Source of the DNA: Tubiluchus corallicola
Taxonomy: Eukaryota; Animalia; Priapulida
Assembly: GCA_030141605.1 (NCBI GenBank)
Contig: JAQGDQ010000149.1
Coordinates: 421,789-485,788 of the forward strand
Length of the DNA: 64,000 nucleotides
Direction: 5' to 3'
The notes beneath the pieces were generated by a model, which saw nothing but the letters and a program-made list of their open reading frames with translations, did not search any database and was not told the origin of the DNA. The position numbers and the translations under genes are program-made. Positions within the stretch are counted from its first letter, which is position 1, and every line of letters starts with the position of its first letter. Positions 60,464-64,000 of this stretch are shown here, in pieces.

Positions 60464-63400
60464 TCACTTTCTAAGCCAGCGTCTCCAAACGCTGAGCCAG
60501 CCCTCAGGTTTCTTAGCCTGGGCTTTTATTTGAGACATTGTTATAATTCGTTCTATCTGGGGAGGTCCATTATCCTCATCTTCCGACTCTTCAGCACTGC
60601 TCTTTTTAGAGACTTCGCTGAAAGCCGCTTCGCTCTCAGTGCATCTTGATTTCGCACTAATTTCGGAGAGCTCACTAGTACTATTACTTCTAGGTCGCTT
60701 TGTGGCGCTAGAGTGTACTTCATCAGGTCTTAATAGTGGCGGTGGTGTTCCACTAGAAATCTCTGACTCTTCGTCTTCCGGCTCACCTGGGCGGGGCGTC
60801 TCTTCCTCTTCAGACTGCCCTTCACCGAGGTCATCTAACCTAAGTTCCGGAAGGCTATCTCCATTCTCCCTATCTGGCTGTAAGAACGGAGCATCAAAGG
60901 GATCCCATGCCAAACTTTCGGCGGGTTCGATAGGCTTTTCACTACCCTCTTGCCCTTGACTTACTGTTGCCCCTGGCAAAGAGGTGAGTACAGGAGCTGA
61001 CCCCTCCTGACCCCTCTTACTAAAATCTTTTCCTTCTTGGGAGATTTCGGGTTCCGACACGCGGGCAGCTCTACGCAGAGGTCTGCCTGCTTTATTAAAT
61101 TTTCGAGCTCCTGGTTTAGTAGACCAGGCAGCTGTGGGAGGGACTAGGCGCAAGTGGGTCACATGACACGTTCTTACTCGACCCGTGTCCATGTTTTTGA
61201 TTTTATACCTATGTTTACCCAACCTTGTTAATACAACATAGTTGCTTTCCCAATACTGGTGTAACTTCCTTGAAGCTTTTGGCTTCGTGGCTTGGTTATA
61301 ATAAAATACCACATCACCAGCTCTAAAATGTCTCGTATGAGCCTTTCTGTCATATAATTCTTTACACTTTGCCCTAGCTACTTCGGTTCTTTTCTTTGCT
61401 ACTACAAATGCCTGATGCATTGTTTGCAAATAATTCTCAAAGTAATCTTCTCCCACGTATTTCTCTGGTTCTGCCAAATGATCTTCTATCACCCCTCGCG
61501 GCGCACGCGCAAATAACAAATAGTACGGCGAGTACCCCGACGTACTATGTATTGAGGTACGATAGGCGGCTAAGGCCCTTGGGATATGTTTGTCCCAACG
61601 TACGGGATCCTTGTCCGTTAGCTGCCTTAATAAACTCATCAACGTTCCATGTTGACGTTCCTCAATTGCATTGCCTGGGGGGTTGTTTGGAGTTATCGTA
61701 ATATGTCGTATCCCATAGTGCTCAGTCAGTCTCTTAGTCATATCGTTTACATACGATTTATCATTGTCAGTTAACAACTTAATTGGGGCACCGTACCTAC
61801 AGATAATTTCATTAACAAATGCTTCCGTCACCGTTTCGGCTTTCTTATCAGGTATGCCAACGGCATCTACCCATTTAGTAGCCAAGTCAGTAAACGAAAT
61901 TATATATTTGTTTCCATTCTCTGTTGTAGGTAGTGGACCTACGATGTCGGTTGCCACGGTTTGATAGGGCACTATCGGGATTGGTGCCTCTTGCATAGGG
62001 AACTTTACCACATTCCTACTCTTTTTATTACATGTGGGGCAATTCTCTATAAATTTCTTACAGTCTTGCCGGATGGTGGACCACCAAAATTTTATAAGAA
62101 TCTTGTTGACCGTTTTGGCCAATGCAAAATGTCCTCCGGCATAAGAACTATGTATTTCCCGAATAATTTCTTCTACTAGCACTGTAGGGACGACTATCAA
62201 ATAATAACTCCCTTCATTCTCCCCGTATCTCTTATTAATACGACATAATAATCCGTCATCATTAATGGCATAGTCCTCCATTAACCTGTATGCCTCCTGT
62301 GATTGTTTGGGGCTAGTGATGACGTGAATTAAGTAGGAGAGAGTTGCATCTTGACTTTGCAACAAGGCAAATCGCCTCTTATCAATTAACGCTTCCTTTA
62401 CCTTACTATCGGTCGTTAACTCAGTGACCTCTGATCGGGTCACTTCCGGACCTGGCTGTCGGCCAGTCTCTGTACCTTCATTAACCTTATTACGTTTTAG
62501 CAATGCTTCTTTGCGCAAGTGCACTTTCTTCTTTGGGAATAATATCCCAGAAGAATTGGCAGACTGAACCCAATCTTCATCTTTATTCTCTAATGAAATA
62601 GGTCGACCATCCGCAGTAAGGGTCTCAGCAGGGGCCCCTGGGCGTGCTGGATCTTTAAATGTACTGCTTCCTGATGGCGAGCTATCATCTCCTATAGCGG
62701 CTAATTTATGAGCATTATTTTCATTCTCTAGGCGGTGCAACCTAGCATCTAAGTCTCTCTTAGTAAATAACGGTCTCGCTTGCGGCTCCATTAATTTCAT
62801 TGGTAGTCGGCTATAATGATCCGCGGGATTCTTATTCCCGGGACAATACTCAATCTTCGCATTTTGCTACGATAGTAACAAGGCCCATCTCTCTAATTTT
62901 GGATTCTTTAATTGTTTGCTCTCATGCAAATACTGCAGACTCTTATGGTCTGTGCGTATAACGTAACGGCTACCATACAGATAATGGTGTAATTTCCGTA
63001 TGCCATAAATTATCGCGTACAATTCACGCTCCGATGCAGTCCAACGCTGCTGGGTAGGTGTTAATTGATGAGAGAAAAACTCTACCGGTCTTTCTTCTTC
63101 ATCAATCTCTTGAGTTAATACACCTCCCACACTATATAAGCTTGCATCTGTATACAAAATATAGGGCCTTTCTGTGTCTGGGTGCGTTAACATAACGGGG
63201 TTCAATAGCGCCGCTTTCAATTCTTTAAAAGCTTTTTCTTGGGCGTTCCCCCATACAAACTTAACATTTTTTCTGGTTAATTCTGTTAAAGGCCGAGCTA
63301 TTTCTGCAAATCTCGGTATGTTAGCTCGGTAGTAATTGCAACTACCTATAAAACTTCGCACCCCTCTCACATTTACTGGGCGGTCCATTGTTTGTACTGC

Positions 63401-64000
63401 TCTTGCACGTTCGGGGTCGGGCCTTAATCCATCTTTGCTAATTATATAGCCCAAAAATTGCACTTCTGACTTAAAAAATTGACATTTTGATGGCTTCAGG
63501 CGCAAATTCGCCTCCTTTAAACGTCTGAACACTTCTTGCAAGTGTTTTAAATGTTCCTCCGTGGATTTTGAGTGTACGAGAATGTCATCCAGGTAGGCTA
63601 TACTGAATTTATCAGTTATCCCATCCAATAACTTATTTATGACCCGCCAAAACACTGATGGGCTAGTTAAAAGACCCATGGGGCTACGAGTAAACATATA
63701 TGCCCCACTTTGGGTCACAAAGGCAGTTTTAGGCTGGTCATCTCGGTGAACAGGTATTTGTAAAAACCCTTGTCTTAAATCTAGACAACTAAAATATTTG
63801 GCTCCCTGCAATTTGTCGGTAAAATTGGACAAGGTTCGACTAGGAAAGGCGTCGAACTTTACACACTTATTGATTTTCCTATAATCTATCACTAACCTAT
63901 AACTTTTCCCATCAGCCTTTTTAACTAATAAACAAGGTGACGCCCACGGGCTATTAGCTGGTACTATGATTTTTGCTGCCAATAATTCACGAATAATCTT
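60464..64000 (-). CDS. pol: Ty3/gypsy Pol (RT - RNase H - integrase) with one in-frame TAG at 62867-62869
   Basis: SPWASP..RLVIDYRKIN, LDLRQGFLQI, PMGL, YLDD, FLGY; TDAS..EREL..TDH; then TAG-QNAKIEYCPGNKNPADHYSR in frame with the 778-aa ORF carrying HSSYAGGH..CPTC, TDIVGP, TDND, IEERQH. The frame is open to the window edge. Confidence 0.93.

Larger units (their letters stand above)
55562..64000 (-). mobile_element. Envelope-bearing Ty3/gypsy element (errantivirus-like ERV), 3' part: pol, env, PPT, 3' LTR
   Basis: RT-RH-INT pol, a separate env-like ORF, a PPT and a candidate LTR, all in the expected order on the minus strand. gag and the 5' LTR lie beyond the window. Confidence 0.9.

Overview
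AT-rich animal (invertebrate-type) genomic DNA with GT-AG introns; not prokaryotic. The left half (1-35 kb) holds three housekeeping genes. UBXN1 (+) has 10 coding exons visible, with its first exon probably upstream of the window. BSCL2/seipin (-) has 8 coding exons and converges tail-to-tail with UBXN1. INTS14/VWA9 (-) has an intronless CDS. Their introns and spacers carry non-autonomous DNA transposons (piggyBac-, pogo-, hAT- and Helentron-type), and an open BEL/Pao gag with an N-terminal SAP-like motif runs off the left edge. The right half (36-64 kb) is a retroelement block with every element on the minus strand. It contains a decayed BEL/Pao element split by a 5'-truncated CR1/L2-group LINE. 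Next is a young Gmr1-like Ty3/gypsy element with ~1.29-kb near-identical LTRs whose single open ORF lacks the whole reverse transcriptase. After a small assembly gap comes a Ty3/gypsy element with a baculovirus-F/errantivirus-type envelope gene, i.e. an endogenous-retrovirus-like element. All calls come from manual reading and translation; no database searches were run.
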